Program-made: the position numbers and the translations under genes
The notes under the pieces: generated by a model
Seen by the model: the letters and a program-made list of their open reading frames with translations, nothing else
Database searches by the model: none
Told to the model about the DNA's origin: nothing
Shown: one piece after another, positions 37,385-47,198 of the stretch
Position numbering within the stretch: the first letter of the stretch is position 1
How the letters are laid out: each line of letters starts with the position of its first letter
NCBI GenBank assembly: GCA_964649715.1
Contig: CAZYTH010000003.1
Span: forward strand, 4,713 to 68,712
Length of the DNA stretch: 64,000 nucleotides
Direction: 5' to 3'
Origin: an uncultured Candidatus Saccharibacteria bacterium
Lineage (GTDB): Bacteria > Patescibacteriota > Minisyncoccia > Phycocordibacterales > UBA12445

Positions 37385-37683
37385 TTGACTGGCAAAGGGG
37401 TAACTTGTAGATAATAGAAAAGGCATATCTTGCGAGGAAAACGTTTGATAACTTTCCCGTCCTTATCTTTCTTCTCAATAATGACAGTAGATCTGATAAC
37501 TCCTTTTTCACCCTTGCGAACTTTGTAACCGTTAGCCAGCCATTTCTCATATGTAAGGCAATTGGTGTAAGGGTCAAATATTTTTCCCTCTTCCTCTCCC
37601 CATATGGAAATTATCTGCTGACGCACATCTTCATAGGTCTCTTTTGATCCTGTATAATTGGATTTTTCTTTTATTTCCAACAT
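37381..37683 (-). CDS. ArdC-like ssDNA-binding domain protein
   Basis: TYEKWLANGYKVRKGEKG and LF...QV motifs. Confidence 0.75.
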   Translation of the reverse strand: MLEIKEKSNYTGSKETYEDVRQQIISIWGEEEGKIFDPYTNCLTYEKWLANGYKVRKGEKGVIRSTVIIEKKDKDGKVIKRFPRKICLFYYLQVTPLPVK

Positions 37684-37948
37684 ATTTTTTCTTCTAAACG
37701 AATAATAAAAAACCAGTGACTAGCTGGCTTGGACATAACATCCGAGAAAAGGGTGATAATCATAAAACCAAAAAGTAATGATGATGTAGGGAAAATAAAA
37801 GAAGGAAGTAGCTATATTCGTCTGTTTCTAAATTGGTCAGGGGGGGTTGTTTCATTTGGGACCCCCAGACGACAAAAGACACTGTGGGTAAGGAACTTAT
37901 CTCTGTTTTTTATGCTTTTTAAAAGTTGGACTATTGTAAAATGTATGT

Positions 37949-38518
37949 ATGGATAGAATATTAGTTGAAAGCTGTTTTTCGCTTGATATAAGCCAGTTTA
38001 AGGGAGATATTATGCGCTTTAAGAGCTCATGTGAAAGTGTGGCTGGACTATATGCCACAAAGCATGATGAAAAAGAGATAAAGATAGATTATGTCATTGA
38101 AGATGATGGACACGATGGGATAATCCGGTTATCGATTAATGGTGCCAGTTCGCAGGGCATTGTGCTCTGTGACAAGGTGCTGACTTATGGGAGTAGAACA
38201 TATTTTACCTGTGAATGTGGTTCTTTGTTCTCAAGGCTGTATATGGTGCCAAATAGCACAGCCTTAAAATGCCGAAAATGCCACCATTTGAAATACGAGA
38301 TAAATTCATTCAATAGGAATAGCAAACATGGGAAACTTTTCCTAGCTATGCACTTTGCGCTTAAAGCCACAAAGGAAAGAGAGACTGTGAAAAGAATGTT
38401 TATTAATGGGCGTTATACAAAAGCTTTTATTCGTAGCCTAAGAACAGCTAACAAAGCTGGGTGGACAGGTTACAGTAGGGAGGCCAGGAGGCTTCTGAGG
38501 GCTATGTGGTTTACGTAG
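37949..38518 (+). CDS. hypothetical zinc-ribbon protein
   Basis: YG.RTYFTCECG...RLY...CRKCHHLKY. Confidence 0.7.
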   Translation: MDRILVESCFSLDISQFKGDIMRFKSSCESVAGLYATKHDEKEIKIDYVIEDDGHDGIIRLSINGASSQGIVLCDKVLTYGSRTYFTCECGSLFSRLYMVPNSTALKCRKCHHLKYEINSFNRNSKHGKLFLAMHFALKATKERETVKRMFINGRYTKAFIRSLRTANKAGWTGYSREARRLLRAMWFT

Positions 38519-38532
38519 AGGGTTTTTATGTA

Positions 38533-38610
38533 GCACAGAGCATTTTACACAGGGTTCAGTGCACAGGGCGAGGAGCACGGAATACAGGGCACAGGGCATA
38601 GAGCATAGAA
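38533..38610. repeat. degenerate 7-bp tandem repeats
   Basis: ACAGGGC ACAGGGC ATAGAGC ATAGAA at 38584-38610, with GCACAG-type units upstream. Confidence 0.6.
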
Positions 38611-38769
38611 TTCCGTAAATGGTTTGAGTGGGGATGTAGAGACCCTTCTTAAAATTAAATCTTGCCCTGACGATACTGACGATGTTTTTTGAATATTTAT
38701 ACTAAAGAAAGGAGGTGTTTTATTTCTTTTTTGGTTAATTGTGGGGGGGGTAGCTTCCCGAAAAGATTA

Positions 38770-38881
38770 CTATCTAATGATTTTAACTGTTGAATTTTCA
38801 AAAATTTGCTTCAATTCTTTAATGCTTAATTTAATAGAATCAGAGTGCTTACAAAGTTCTGAAATCCATTTTTCTAGTCCA
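38770..38881 (-). other. attR arm encoding the alternative recombinase C-terminus
   Basis: In frame after the GTCCA core: (G)LEKWISELCKHSDSIKLSIKELKQIFENSTVKIIR*. Confidence 0.7.
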
Positions 38882-38887
38882 CAAAAA

Positions 38888-40027
38888 TTATCTTATCACC
38901 CCTCCGCCTAAACATATTTCTCCGTCATAAAGCACAAGGGATTGTCCCGAGGCAATAGACTCTTCCGGCTCATCGAAAATAATTCTCGCTTTCTTTGTTC
39001 GAGAATGAACTTCGCTCAAAATACATGGTTTCAAATCTTCCCGATACCTTATTCGTGCTGAATATTTTTTATTCGAATCAGGAAACTCTCCTTTTATCCA
39101 GCTAACATTCTCTATCTCTATTTCGGTTCTTGAAGAAACTTCTTCTTTTTTATTATGAGAAACAACTAATATATTTTTCTTTATGTTCTTATCTACAATA
39201 TAATATGGCGCATTGTCTACACCATCTGGCGAATTTTTTGTGATACCAAAACCATGCCTCTCTCCTATTGAATAAAAAGGAGATCCATTGTGTTCACCAA
39301 TAATTTCCCCCGCTTCGTTCAAAACCTTGCCCTTTTTAAATTTTATATATCTCTTCAAAAATTCCTTCGTATCTATCTTGCCCAAAAAACAAAGGCCCTG
39401 ACTGTCTTTCTTGCTAGCTGTCGGCAAGCCAAATTTTTCTGCCAGTCTTCTGACCTCGCTTTTTTCCAAATACCCGACAGGAAACAAAGTTTTTGATAAC
39501 TGCTTTTGTGTAAGTGTCCACAGAAAGTAAGATTGATCTTTGTTCTTGTCTTCTCCTGCAAGCAAGTTATATTCTAATTTTAAATTTTTATTTGAATTTT
39601 TGATTTTTGATTTTTGATTTTTGATTTCACAGACACGCGCGTAATGTCCCGTTGCAACAAAATCGGCCCCGTTCCTTATCGCCCAATCAAAAAAAGAACC
39701 AAATTTAACCTTCTTGTTACACATGACATCTGGATTTGGAATCCTGCCAGCCTTATATTCTGATATCATATAATCAACGACGCCTTTCTTATATTCCTTT
39801 TCAAGATTTATAGTAATGAAAGGTATCTGAAGGACCGCAGCACACCTCATCGCATCTCTTCTCTCTTCTTTCCAGCCACAAGGAAGCCATTCTGGTGACC
39901 AGACTTTTATAAAAACCCCCGTCACTTCATAGCCTAATTTTTTAAGTAATGCAGCGGAAACAGAAGAATCTACACCGCCAGACATTCCAACGAAAACTCG
40001 ACCTTTGTTTGCTATTGTTTTGTTCAT
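38888..40027 (-). CDS. mnmA: tRNA 2-thiouridine(34) synthase MnmA
   Basis: GMSGGVDSSV, PNPDVMCN, ATGHYA, KDQSYFL and DSQGLCF motifs. Confidence 0.97.
   Translation of the reverse strand: MNKTIANKGRVFVGMSGGVDSSVSAALLKKLGYEVTGVFIKVWSPEWLPCGWKEERRDAMRCAAVLQIPFITINLEKEYKKGVVDYMISEYKAGRIPNPDVMCNKKVKFGSFFDWAIRNGADFVATGHYARVCEIKNQKSKIKNSNKNLKLEYNLLAGEDKNKDQSYFLWTLTQKQLSKTLFPVGYLEKSEVRRLAEKFGLPTASKKDSQGLCFLGKIDTKEFLKRYIKFKKGKVLNEAGEIIGEHNGSPFYSIGERHGFGITKNSPDGVDNAPYYIVDKNIKKNILVVSHNKKEEVSSRTEIEIENVSWIKGEFPDSNKKYSARIRYREDLKPCILSEVHSRTKKARIIFDEPEESIASGQSLVLYDGEICLGGGVIR
39597..39624. repeat. (TTTTTGA)x4 heptamer repeat inside mnmA
   Basis: Encodes IKNQKSKIKN within an insertion after ATGHYAR. Confidence 0.85.
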
Positions 40028-40127
40028 CTTTTTATTTTACAGAATATTATAATGATATTTAGAATAAGACATAAAAATAAAAATGAAAGCCCCGAACCAA
40101 AATTACTTTATGGCACGGGGCTAAATT

Positions 40128-40535
40128 TTATTTAACCTTTTCGGCTAATCCACCTCTTGGTGTCGCCTCTTTTACAAAGTCTTCAAAAACATCCCGCTTC
40201 TCTACCCTCTTGTACTTGAAAATAAGAGGAGGCAACTCTTTTGAAACAAAAGCCACCAGACTGTTGTTTCTTTTCTTTACGATAACCGGAAATGCTTTTT
40301 CTCCACCATCCAAAACAACAACACCGGAAGAAACCACCTCATAGATGTCATTTTCTTCCAAAACCGAACTTGCGTCAACGACAGTTCCGACACCACAAGC
40401 AACGAAGGACACGATCATGAGGAAACCAACTAATGTTACAAAAAAAAGTTTAAGAAATCCGTCTTTAATAGAAAAATTGTTAGTCATTTGAACAAAAACA
40501 AAAAGAGAAAACAAACCCAACAAAAACATTTCCAT
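40128..40535 (-). CDS. hypothetical membrane protein
   Basis: Two N-terminal hydrophobic segments, G-rich SD. Confidence 0.65.
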   Translation of the reverse strand: MEMFLLGLFSLFVFVQMTNNFSIKDGFLKLFFVTLVGFLMIVSFVACGVGTVVDASSVLEENDIYEVVSSGVVVLDGGEKAFPVIVKKRNNSLVAFVSKELPPLIFKYKRVEKRDVFEDFVKEATPRGGLAEKVK

Positions 40536-40636
40536 TAAAATTCCCCCTATTATTTTTCAAAGTCCAAACGAATAATATATCAAAAAAGGATAAAGTCAAT
40601 AGTGTTTACGGCGTTTCTTTTTGCAACAATGAATGC

Positions 40637-42547
40637 ATGTCCCAAATAAAGATCGCAACGGTTATACCAATATCTGGTGGTATTTTTAAAGAATCATTAA
40701 CTTATTTCACGAACAAAGACATCGAAATCGGTTCGCTTGTCTTTGTTCCTGTGCGAAAAAATAAAATCCCAGCAATCTTGATATCTCAAAAACCGACCGA
40801 GGAACTAAAAATAGAACTAAAAAACTCCAATTTTGAACTCAGGAAATTAGATTCTGCAATAAATGGTAAAATCCTTTCTCCTGAATTCATAAGGGCAACA
40901 GAAAAGACTTCTGATTATTTTGCCGCAAACACGGGGCAGGTAATAAATAATTTTATTTCCAATTCTTTTTTAAAATCCTTAGAAAAAACAAAAGGTGATG
41001 GTTTTTATCGAAACGTTAAAGGTGTAGAAAATAAAAAAAATGTAGCTGAGTCTTTTTTGGTGCAAGGCGAAAATGACGAAAGAATGGCATTTTACAAAAG
41101 TCTTATCAGAGAAGAGTTTGTAAAAAATTCTTCCATCTTTTTATTTTTCCCAACAATTCACGAATTAAATATTTTTAGCGAATTACTCAAACGAGGGATA
41201 GAAGACTATACCATCATCTTAAAACACGAGGACTCTTCAAAAAAAATGCTTTCTAATTTTAATCGGATAAATTCAACAAAACATCCTCTCCTTGTCATGG
41301 GAACTCCGACTTTTGCATTTATGCTAAATGAAAAATTTGGCACAATAATAATAGAAAAAGAAAGCTCTCCTGCCTATAAATGCATAGGAAGACCCAACGT
41401 GGATTCAAGATATTTCCTTGAAGAAATTTCTAAGCAATATGGAATAAAAACTTTTCTGGGGGATGTTGTATTGCGAATAGAAACACTCTTTGGCAGAGAC
41501 GAGAATACACACCAACCGTCTTCTCTTTTTAAATTTAAATCTTTCAACAATACCGCCAGAAAGATCATCGATATGAATAAAGAGGAAAAAGGAAAAACAA
41601 TATTAAGCAAAGAAGTCTTATCTATTCTCAAAAGAACAGTTGAAGAAAAAGAAAACACACTGCTACTATCAACAAGAAAAGGACTTGCATCAGCCGCTTG
41701 TTGTCACGATTGTGGAACATTGATTGATTGTTTAAAGTGTGGAGGAACAACTGTTCTTCACAAAAAAATGGGATTTAATATTTTTACCTGCCACAAATGT
41801 GGACAATCACATAAAACCGATTCTCTTTGCAAAAAATGTGGCAGTTGGGATATAAGAACTATCGGTTTTGGAACCGAAAAAATAGAAGAAGAGGTGAATA
41901 AAGTTATCGATCAAAAAGCAGTAAAAAGAATGGATGGAAATAACGTCAAAAACCACAAAGAAGGGAAGGTGTTAATAAATGAATTTTTATCCAAAAAAGG
42001 AAATGTACTTATTGGAACAGAAATGGCACTTTTTTACCTAACTGAACCAATCGATAATATAATAATTGTGTTACCTGATACATTGTTTTCTATTCCGGAC
42101 TTCAAAATGAATGAAAGGATTTTTAGCTATCTAACAAATGCAAGATTGATGTCTACAAATAACTTCATTATTCAAACGAGATTACCCGATATAAATATTT
42201 TTGAAAAAATTATGCAGGGAGATTTACTTCAATTTTACAGAGAAGAATTGAACGAAAGAAAAATATTCGGCTATGGACCGTACAAAACAATCATCAAAAT
42301 AACGCTTGAAGATAAAAAAGACGTGGCTGAAAAAGAAATGGATTCTATATTTGAAACATTAAAAACATGGAACCCAGAAAAATACAAAACCAAGTCCCGT
42401 TCTTCAAAAGACAAAATAATGGCTAATCTTCTAATTAAAATAGACAAAAAAGATTGGCCAACCGGAGAAAATAAAAAATTATTGAAATTTCTTCGTTCGC
42501 TTCCTCCTAACTATATCATAAAAGTAGACCCCGATAGTATAATGTAA
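40637..42547 (+). CDS. priA: primosomal protein N' (PriA) with degenerate helicase motifs
   Basis: N-terminal 3'-binding domain 'LTYF...GSLVFVP', Cys cluster CHDC/CLKC/CHKC/CKKC, GFGTEKIE and IQT motifs. Confidence 0.88.
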   Translation: MSQIKIATVIPISGGIFKESLTYFTNKDIEIGSLVFVPVRKNKIPAILISQKPTEELKIELKNSNFELRKLDSAINGKILSPEFIRATEKTSDYFAANTGQVINNFISNSFLKSLEKTKGDGFYRNVKGVENKKNVAESFLVQGENDERMAFYKSLIREEFVKNSSIFLFFPTIHELNIFSELLKRGIEDYTIILKHEDSSKKMLSNFNRINSTKHPLLVMGTPTFAFMLNEKFGTIIIEKESSPAYKCIGRPNVDSRYFLEEISKQYGIKTFLGDVVLRIETLFGRDENTHQPSSLFKFKSFNNTARKIIDMNKEEKGKTILSKEVLSILKRTVEEKENTLLLSTRKGLASAACCHDCGTLIDCLKCGGTTVLHKKMGFNIFTCHKCGQSHKTDSLCKKCGSWDIRTIGFGTEKIEEEVNKVIDQKAVKRMDGNNVKNHKEGKVLINEFLSKKGNVLIGTEMALFYLTEPIDNIIIVLPDTLFSIPDFKMNERIFSYLTNARLMSTNNFIIQTRLPDINIFEKIMQGDLLQFYREELNERKIFGYGPYKTIIKITLEDKKDVAEKEMDSIFETLKTWNPEKYKTKSRSSKDKIMANLLIKIDKKDWPTGENKKLLKFLRSLPPNYIIKVDPDSIM

Positions 42548-42596
42548 AATAAATAACTTTTTGATTTTTTTATCCATTTTTATTAATATGACCTTT

Positions 42597-43142
42597 ATGT
42601 CAAAAATAAAAATAGTTCAACATGAAGATTCTGTTTTGAGACAAATTGCAAAAGAGGTCCCAGTAGAAGATATTGGGGCTCCAAAAATTAAAAAAATAAT
42701 AGAAGACATGAAAAGCGCCATGGATGCTACTTATGACGGCGTAGCTATAGCCGCTCCGCAAATAGGAATATCACTCCGTATTTTTATGATATCTCCAAAA
42801 GCTTTTCTAAAAGAGGGAGAAAATTTTAACGAAAAAGAATTATCAGAAAAAGAACATCCTGTTTTTATAAACCCCAGGATAATAAAATTATCTTCAAAAA
42901 CCACAAGGCTAGACGAGGGGTGTTTGAGTGTTCGTGGTATATTTGGAAAAGTAAGAAGGGCAGAAAAGGCAACGATTGAAGCATATAATGAAAATGGTAA
43001 AAAATTCACACGGGGGGCAAGTGGACTAATAGCAGAAATATTTCAACATGAAATTGAACATCTTAACGGTGTACTCTTCACAGACACCGCCACAGATTTA
43101 TACCAACTCACCACAGAAGAAAAGGTAAAAAATGAAAAATAA
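42597..43142 (+). CDS. def: peptide deformylase
   Basis: GVAIAAPQIG, EGCLSV and QHEIEHLNG motifs. Confidence 0.96.
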   Translation: MSKIKIVQHEDSVLRQIAKEVPVEDIGAPKIKKIIEDMKSAMDATYDGVAIAAPQIGISLRIFMISPKAFLKEGENFNEKELSEKEHPVFINPRIIKLSSKTTRLDEGCLSVRGIFGKVRRAEKATIEAYNENGKKFTRGASGLIAEIFQHEIEHLNGVLFTDTATDLYQLTTEEKVKNEK

Positions 43143-44010
43143 AAAAACTCAAATAGTTTTTTGGGGCACATCTAAATTTAGTGTCTTTGTCTTGGAGGAA
43201 ATGGAGAGGTGCGGATTTTTACCAGAAGCCATCGTCACCACACCAGATAAACCAAGGGGAAGAAATCTTATTATTAATCCCCCTCCAGTAAAGATATGGG
43301 CAGAAAAAAGAAATATAACACTATACCAACCAATATCACTAAAAGATTTTACCCTACCTGGCAAATACGAAGTCTTTGTTCTTGCTGCATATGGGAAAAT
43401 AATACCGAAAAACATATTGAACATCCCAATGCACGGGTTTATTAATGTGCACCCTTCTCTTCTCCCTAAATGGAGAGGTGCTAGCCCCATACAATCAAGT
43501 ATTTTGGCAGGTGAAAAAGAAAACGGTGTTTCTGTAATACTGTTGGATGAGGAAATGGACCATGGCCCGATAATAAAAAAAGAGAGAAATATTATTGCAA
43601 ATGAAACACAAACTTATGTTGAACTTGAGGAAAGACTAGCTCGTATTGGAGGAAAAATGGTTTGCGAAATAATTCCCGAATGGATAAATGGGCAAATAAA
43701 AACAATCCCGCAAGCAGAATCAGATGCAACTTATTGCAAAAAGATAGACAAAAAAGATGGTTTTATACCCCCGGAAATTATATTAGGAAAAGAAAAAGAT
43801 CAGGAAAAAATAATTTTAGCCGAAAGAAAGGTTCGGGCACTAAACCCAGATCCCGGCACGTTTACCATTCTTAATATTAATAAAACAGAAAAACGTATTA
43901 AAATTTTGAGCGCAAAAATTATCGAAAATATATTCGTTCCGGAAAAAATTATTCCCGAAGGGAAAAAAGAAATGAAATGGGAAGACTTTTTAAGAGGCCA
44001 CAAAATATAA
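43132..44010 (+). CDS. fmt: methionyl-tRNA formyltransferase
   Basis: PDKPRGR, INVHPSLLPKWRGASPIQ and MDHGP motifs. Confidence 0.96.
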   Translation: MKNKKTQIVFWGTSKFSVFVLEEMERCGFLPEAIVTTPDKPRGRNLIINPPPVKIWAEKRNITLYQPISLKDFTLPGKYEVFVLAAYGKIIPKNILNIPMHGFINVHPSLLPKWRGASPIQSSILAGEKENGVSVILLDEEMDHGPIIKKERNIIANETQTYVELEERLARIGGKMVCEIIPEWINGQIKTIPQAESDATYCKKIDKKDGFIPPEIILGKEKDQEKIILAERKVRALNPDPGTFTILNINKTEKRIKILSAKIIENIFVPEKIIPEGKKEMKWEDFLRGHKI

Positions 44011-44106
44011 AAGTGGAACCATTCCCATAAAATACTTTTTTAAATACTAAAAGCAAAAGCCCCTAACAAAGGGGCCTTCGTAGAAAACAAATTAAAAAAT
44101 TATCTT

Positions 44107-44754
44107 CTATTTTATGCTTATGCTTTCTATTAAAACATCAACCAAGGGATGATCACCTCTTGCCTTATCTGTATCGACTCCTTCTATTTTCAAAACAACA
44201 TCCATTCCTTCCTTAACTCTCCCAAAGGCTGTATATGCTCCATCTAACCATGGCGTGGATTCAGCAGTAACAATAAAGAATTGACTCCCGTTTGTATTTC
44301 GACCAGCATTTGCCATTGCCAAGACACCACGAACAAGGAGGACATCGTTTATCTCATCCTGAAACTGGTAACCAGGACCACCCATTCCATGAGTAGACCA
44401 ATCATCTAATTTAGTATTTGGATCACCTCCCTGGATCATAAAATCTTTAATTACACGATGAAACTTTGTTCCATTATAAAAACCTGAATTAGCAAGTTTT
44501 ATAAAATTACCAACAGTCAAAGGAGCTTTTTCTCCATAAAGCTCAAGAATGATATCGCCGTAGTTGGTTTTCATAACAGCCTCATATGTCCTCTTTTCGC
44601 TCATTTCTACCATTGTTTCTTCTTTATTTTCTAAATTTTCTAATAAAATTTCTTCGGACTCTTCGCTAGAACCACCCATTCCATAAAAAGCTCCGATGGC
44701 TAAAATAACCACAACCACCAAAGAAGCTACTATAGAAAAATTTTTATTTTCCAT
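44107..44754 (-). CDS. cyclophilin-type peptidyl-prolyl isomerase with N-terminal TM
   Basis: FHRVIKDFMIQGGDP and LAMANAGRNTNGSQFFI motifs. Confidence 0.95.
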   Translation of the reverse strand: MENKNFSIVASLVVVVILAIGAFYGMGGSSEESEEILLENLENKEETMVEMSEKRTYEAVMKTNYGDIILELYGEKAPLTVGNFIKLANSGFYNGTKFHRVIKDFMIQGGDPNTKLDDWSTHGMGGPGYQFQDEINDVLLVRGVLAMANAGRNTNGSQFFIVTAESTPWLDGAYTAFGRVKEGMDVVLKIEGVDTDKARGDHPLVDVLIESISIK

Positions 44755-44821
44755 TGATTCGTGTTATCTTCTAGATTCGCTTATAATACTTCTATATTAA
44801 AACAGAAAAATAATAATTTCA

Positions 44822-46741
44822 ATGGCAAAAGACAAGGACAAATATAAACGTTGCATAATATCTCTCACAAAAAAAGGAGAAGGTTTTGGGGTGTGTGATG
44901 GTATTAAAAAAGATATATTTATTTCAAAAGACAAGTTAAAAGGTGCTCTTCATGGCGACACCGTTCTTATACAAATTGAAAATGAAAAATATTGGGAAGG
45001 CAGAGTCACCAAAATCGAAGAACGTGCAAAGGAAGAATTTTCTGGCACCATCCAAAAAGATAAAGTTGGCTACTTTGTGATACCAAAAGATCAAAAAGCT
45101 CAACAAATAAAAATATTAATTAAAGATCTCGGCGAATATATATTTAAAGAAGGAGATGTGGTTGCTGTCAAAATAACGGACTGGAAAAACGGGAATGAGA
45201 TGCCAGAGGGAAAAATAATAAAAAGACTCGGAGTGGCTGGCGACAACAATACCGAAATGGAAGCAATAGCTTTTGAGCATGGATTTCAACAAGGCCACGG
45301 CGGAGCGCTCATAAAAGAGGCAGAAGAAATAAATCATAACGGAATAGGAGAGAATGATATAAAAGGTAGGCGCGACTTCAGAAGCGTGGTCACGTTTACG
45401 ATAGACCCCGACGATGCGAAAGATTTTGATGATGCGCTTTCAATAAGACCAACGGATGAAGGTAAATTTGAGATAGGCATACACATCGCAGACGTATCTC
45501 ACTATGTTAAACCTGGCTCAGTCTTAGACAAAGAGGCTTTAAAAAGAAGCACTTCAGTCTATTTGGTAGATAGGGTGATTCCGATGCTTCCAGAAATACT
45601 TTCTAATAATTTATGTTCTCTCTTGCCAAATAAAGACAGATTGACTTTTTCCGCCGTGTTTATAATAGACACTTCAGGCAATATACATGACGAATGGTTC
45701 GGTAAAACAATCATTCATTCAGACAGAAGATTCACATATGATGATGTGCAAAAGATTATTGAAACCGGTTCGCCAGAAGATGGAGAAAAATTTAATAAAG
45801 AGATATTGATGCTTCAAAAGATCGCAAAGAAACTCCGCAAAGAAAGATTTGCCAATGGGTCTGTTTCTCTCGATTCCGTTGAAATAAAATTTAAATTAGA
45901 CGAAAAAGGTAAACCTATCGGCGTATACAAAAAAGTCCAAAATGATGCCAATAAACTAGTTGAAGAATTCATGCTTCTTGCAAATAAAAAGGTTGCGGGA
46001 AAAATATTCAAACGAGGTGACGACGCCGGAAAAATTTTCGTATACAGAAATCACGAACTTCCAGACAGCGACAAGCTTGAAGGACTAAAAGAAGTTCTTG
46101 TTAACTTCAGATATAATATTCCACAAAAAGTAGGCATCGATTCAAAGGTTTTGAATAAAATAATCGAGGAATTTGAAGGGAAAATGGAAAGATCCCTTGT
46201 AATGTGGATAATACTTCGTTCAATGTCTAAGGCCGATTATTCTACCGAAAATTTAGGACACTTCGGACTTGCGTTTGATTCATATACCCATTTCACCTCG
46301 CCGATAAGAAGATATCCGGATGTTATGGTGCACCGCTTACTTGATGCCCACCTTCAAAATCAAAAAATAAAACAGGACAAGAAAGATTACGAAAAAATCT
46401 GTAAACATGCATCTGAGATGGAAAGAAGAGCAATGAATGCTGAACGAGAATCGATAAAATACAAACAAGTTGAATTCGTTTTAGATAAGATAGGAGAAAC
46501 TTTCGACGGGATAATCACAGGGGTAACCGACTGGGGAATGTTTATTGAGGCACAGGAAATTTTTTGTGAGGGTATGGTATCCCTTCGAGACATTAAAGAT
46601 GACCACTATTCAATTGACAAAAAAGGGTTCACACTTGTCGGTCAAAAAACGAACAAAAAATACCGCATAGGTGATGCGGTACGAGTTGAACTCATTTCTG
46701 CAAACCTAAAGAACAGGACGATTGACTTTCGATTAATCTAA
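44822..46741 (+). CDS. rnr: ribonuclease R
   Basis: TIDPDDAKDFDDALS, HIADVS and HFTSPIRRYPD motifs, C-terminal S1 domain. Confidence 0.95.
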   Translation: MAKDKDKYKRCIISLTKKGEGFGVCDGIKKDIFISKDKLKGALHGDTVLIQIENEKYWEGRVTKIEERAKEEFSGTIQKDKVGYFVIPKDQKAQQIKILIKDLGEYIFKEGDVVAVKITDWKNGNEMPEGKIIKRLGVAGDNNTEMEAIAFEHGFQQGHGGALIKEAEEINHNGIGENDIKGRRDFRSVVTFTIDPDDAKDFDDALSIRPTDEGKFEIGIHIADVSHYVKPGSVLDKEALKRSTSVYLVDRVIPMLPEILSNNLCSLLPNKDRLTFSAVFIIDTSGNIHDEWFGKTIIHSDRRFTYDDVQKIIETGSPEDGEKFNKEILMLQKIAKKLRKERFANGSVSLDSVEIKFKLDEKGKPIGVYKKVQNDANKLVEEFMLLANKKVAGKIFKRGDDAGKIFVYRNHELPDSDKLEGLKEVLVNFRYNIPQKVGIDSKVLNKIIEEFEGKMERSLVMWIILRSMSKADYSTENLGHFGLAFDSYTHFTSPIRRYPDVMVHRLLDAHLQNQKIKQDKKDYEKICKHASEMERRAMNAERESIKYKQVEFVLDKIGETFDGIITGVTDWGMFIEAQEIFCEGMVSLRDIKDDHYSIDKKGFTLVGQKTNKKYRIGDAVRVELISANLKNRTIDFRLI

Positions 46742-46825
46742 AAAATATAGGTTCAATAAAAAAATTGACAAATTGCATAACGTGTTATAAGGTAAATTAG
46801 TAATAGAACTTTAAAAGGAGGTTTT

Positions 46826-47059
46826 ATGATCTCAACGATTGGCTTCATCGTCTTTGGGGCACTGCTTGCATACGAATTCATCGCCTACTGGCTGGGGATC
46901 TTGGGCACTTATCTTTCGGCCACCAAAAGTATCCAAGAAGATGGTCTTCGGGGGGTCATCGGCAAAGCGGAAGACATCTGGGTCCGATTCTGGACGAGGT
47001 CTCTCGTTCCAATCCTGATGATTTGTTTCTGTTTCTACCTCCGAAATATCGGCCTCTGA
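46826..47059 (+). CDS. small membrane protein
   Basis: TTGACA...TATAAG promoter-like sequence, AAGGAGG SD, two TM segments, terminator downstream. Confidence 0.65.
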   Translation: MISTIGFIVFGALLAYEFIAYWLGILGTYLSATKSIQEDGLRGVIGKAEDIWVRFWTRSLVPILMICFCFYLRNIGL

Positions 47060-47116
47060 TATTTTCTTGGCCACACAGAAGCCCTGCACACAAAATGCGG
47101 GGTTTTTCTTTGCCCT

Positions 47117-47150
47117 TTTTATGAGCGAGGTTCAACCTCGCTCATAAAAA
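47117..47150. terminator. long hairpin between convergent genes
   Basis: TTTTATGAGCGAGG TTCAA CCTCGCTCATAAAA. Confidence 0.6.
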
Positions 47151-47198
47151 AAAGAAAACCCCGCACTTACGTGAAGTTGCGGGGTCGGTAAAGAACAA

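Larger units (their letters stand above)
25407..38881. mobile_element. ~13.5-kb integrative element at the tRNA-Ala 3' end
   Basis: Large serine recombinase at the left end; GTCCA cores at 25407-25411 and 38877-38881; joining the ends extends the recombinase ORF; housekeeping mnmA resumes immediately after 38881. Confidence 0.8.

Noticed and set aside
25407-38881. Prophage or conjugative element interpretation of the island
   Set aside because: No capsid, terminase, tail, relaxase or type IV secretion genes are recognisable within the boundaries.
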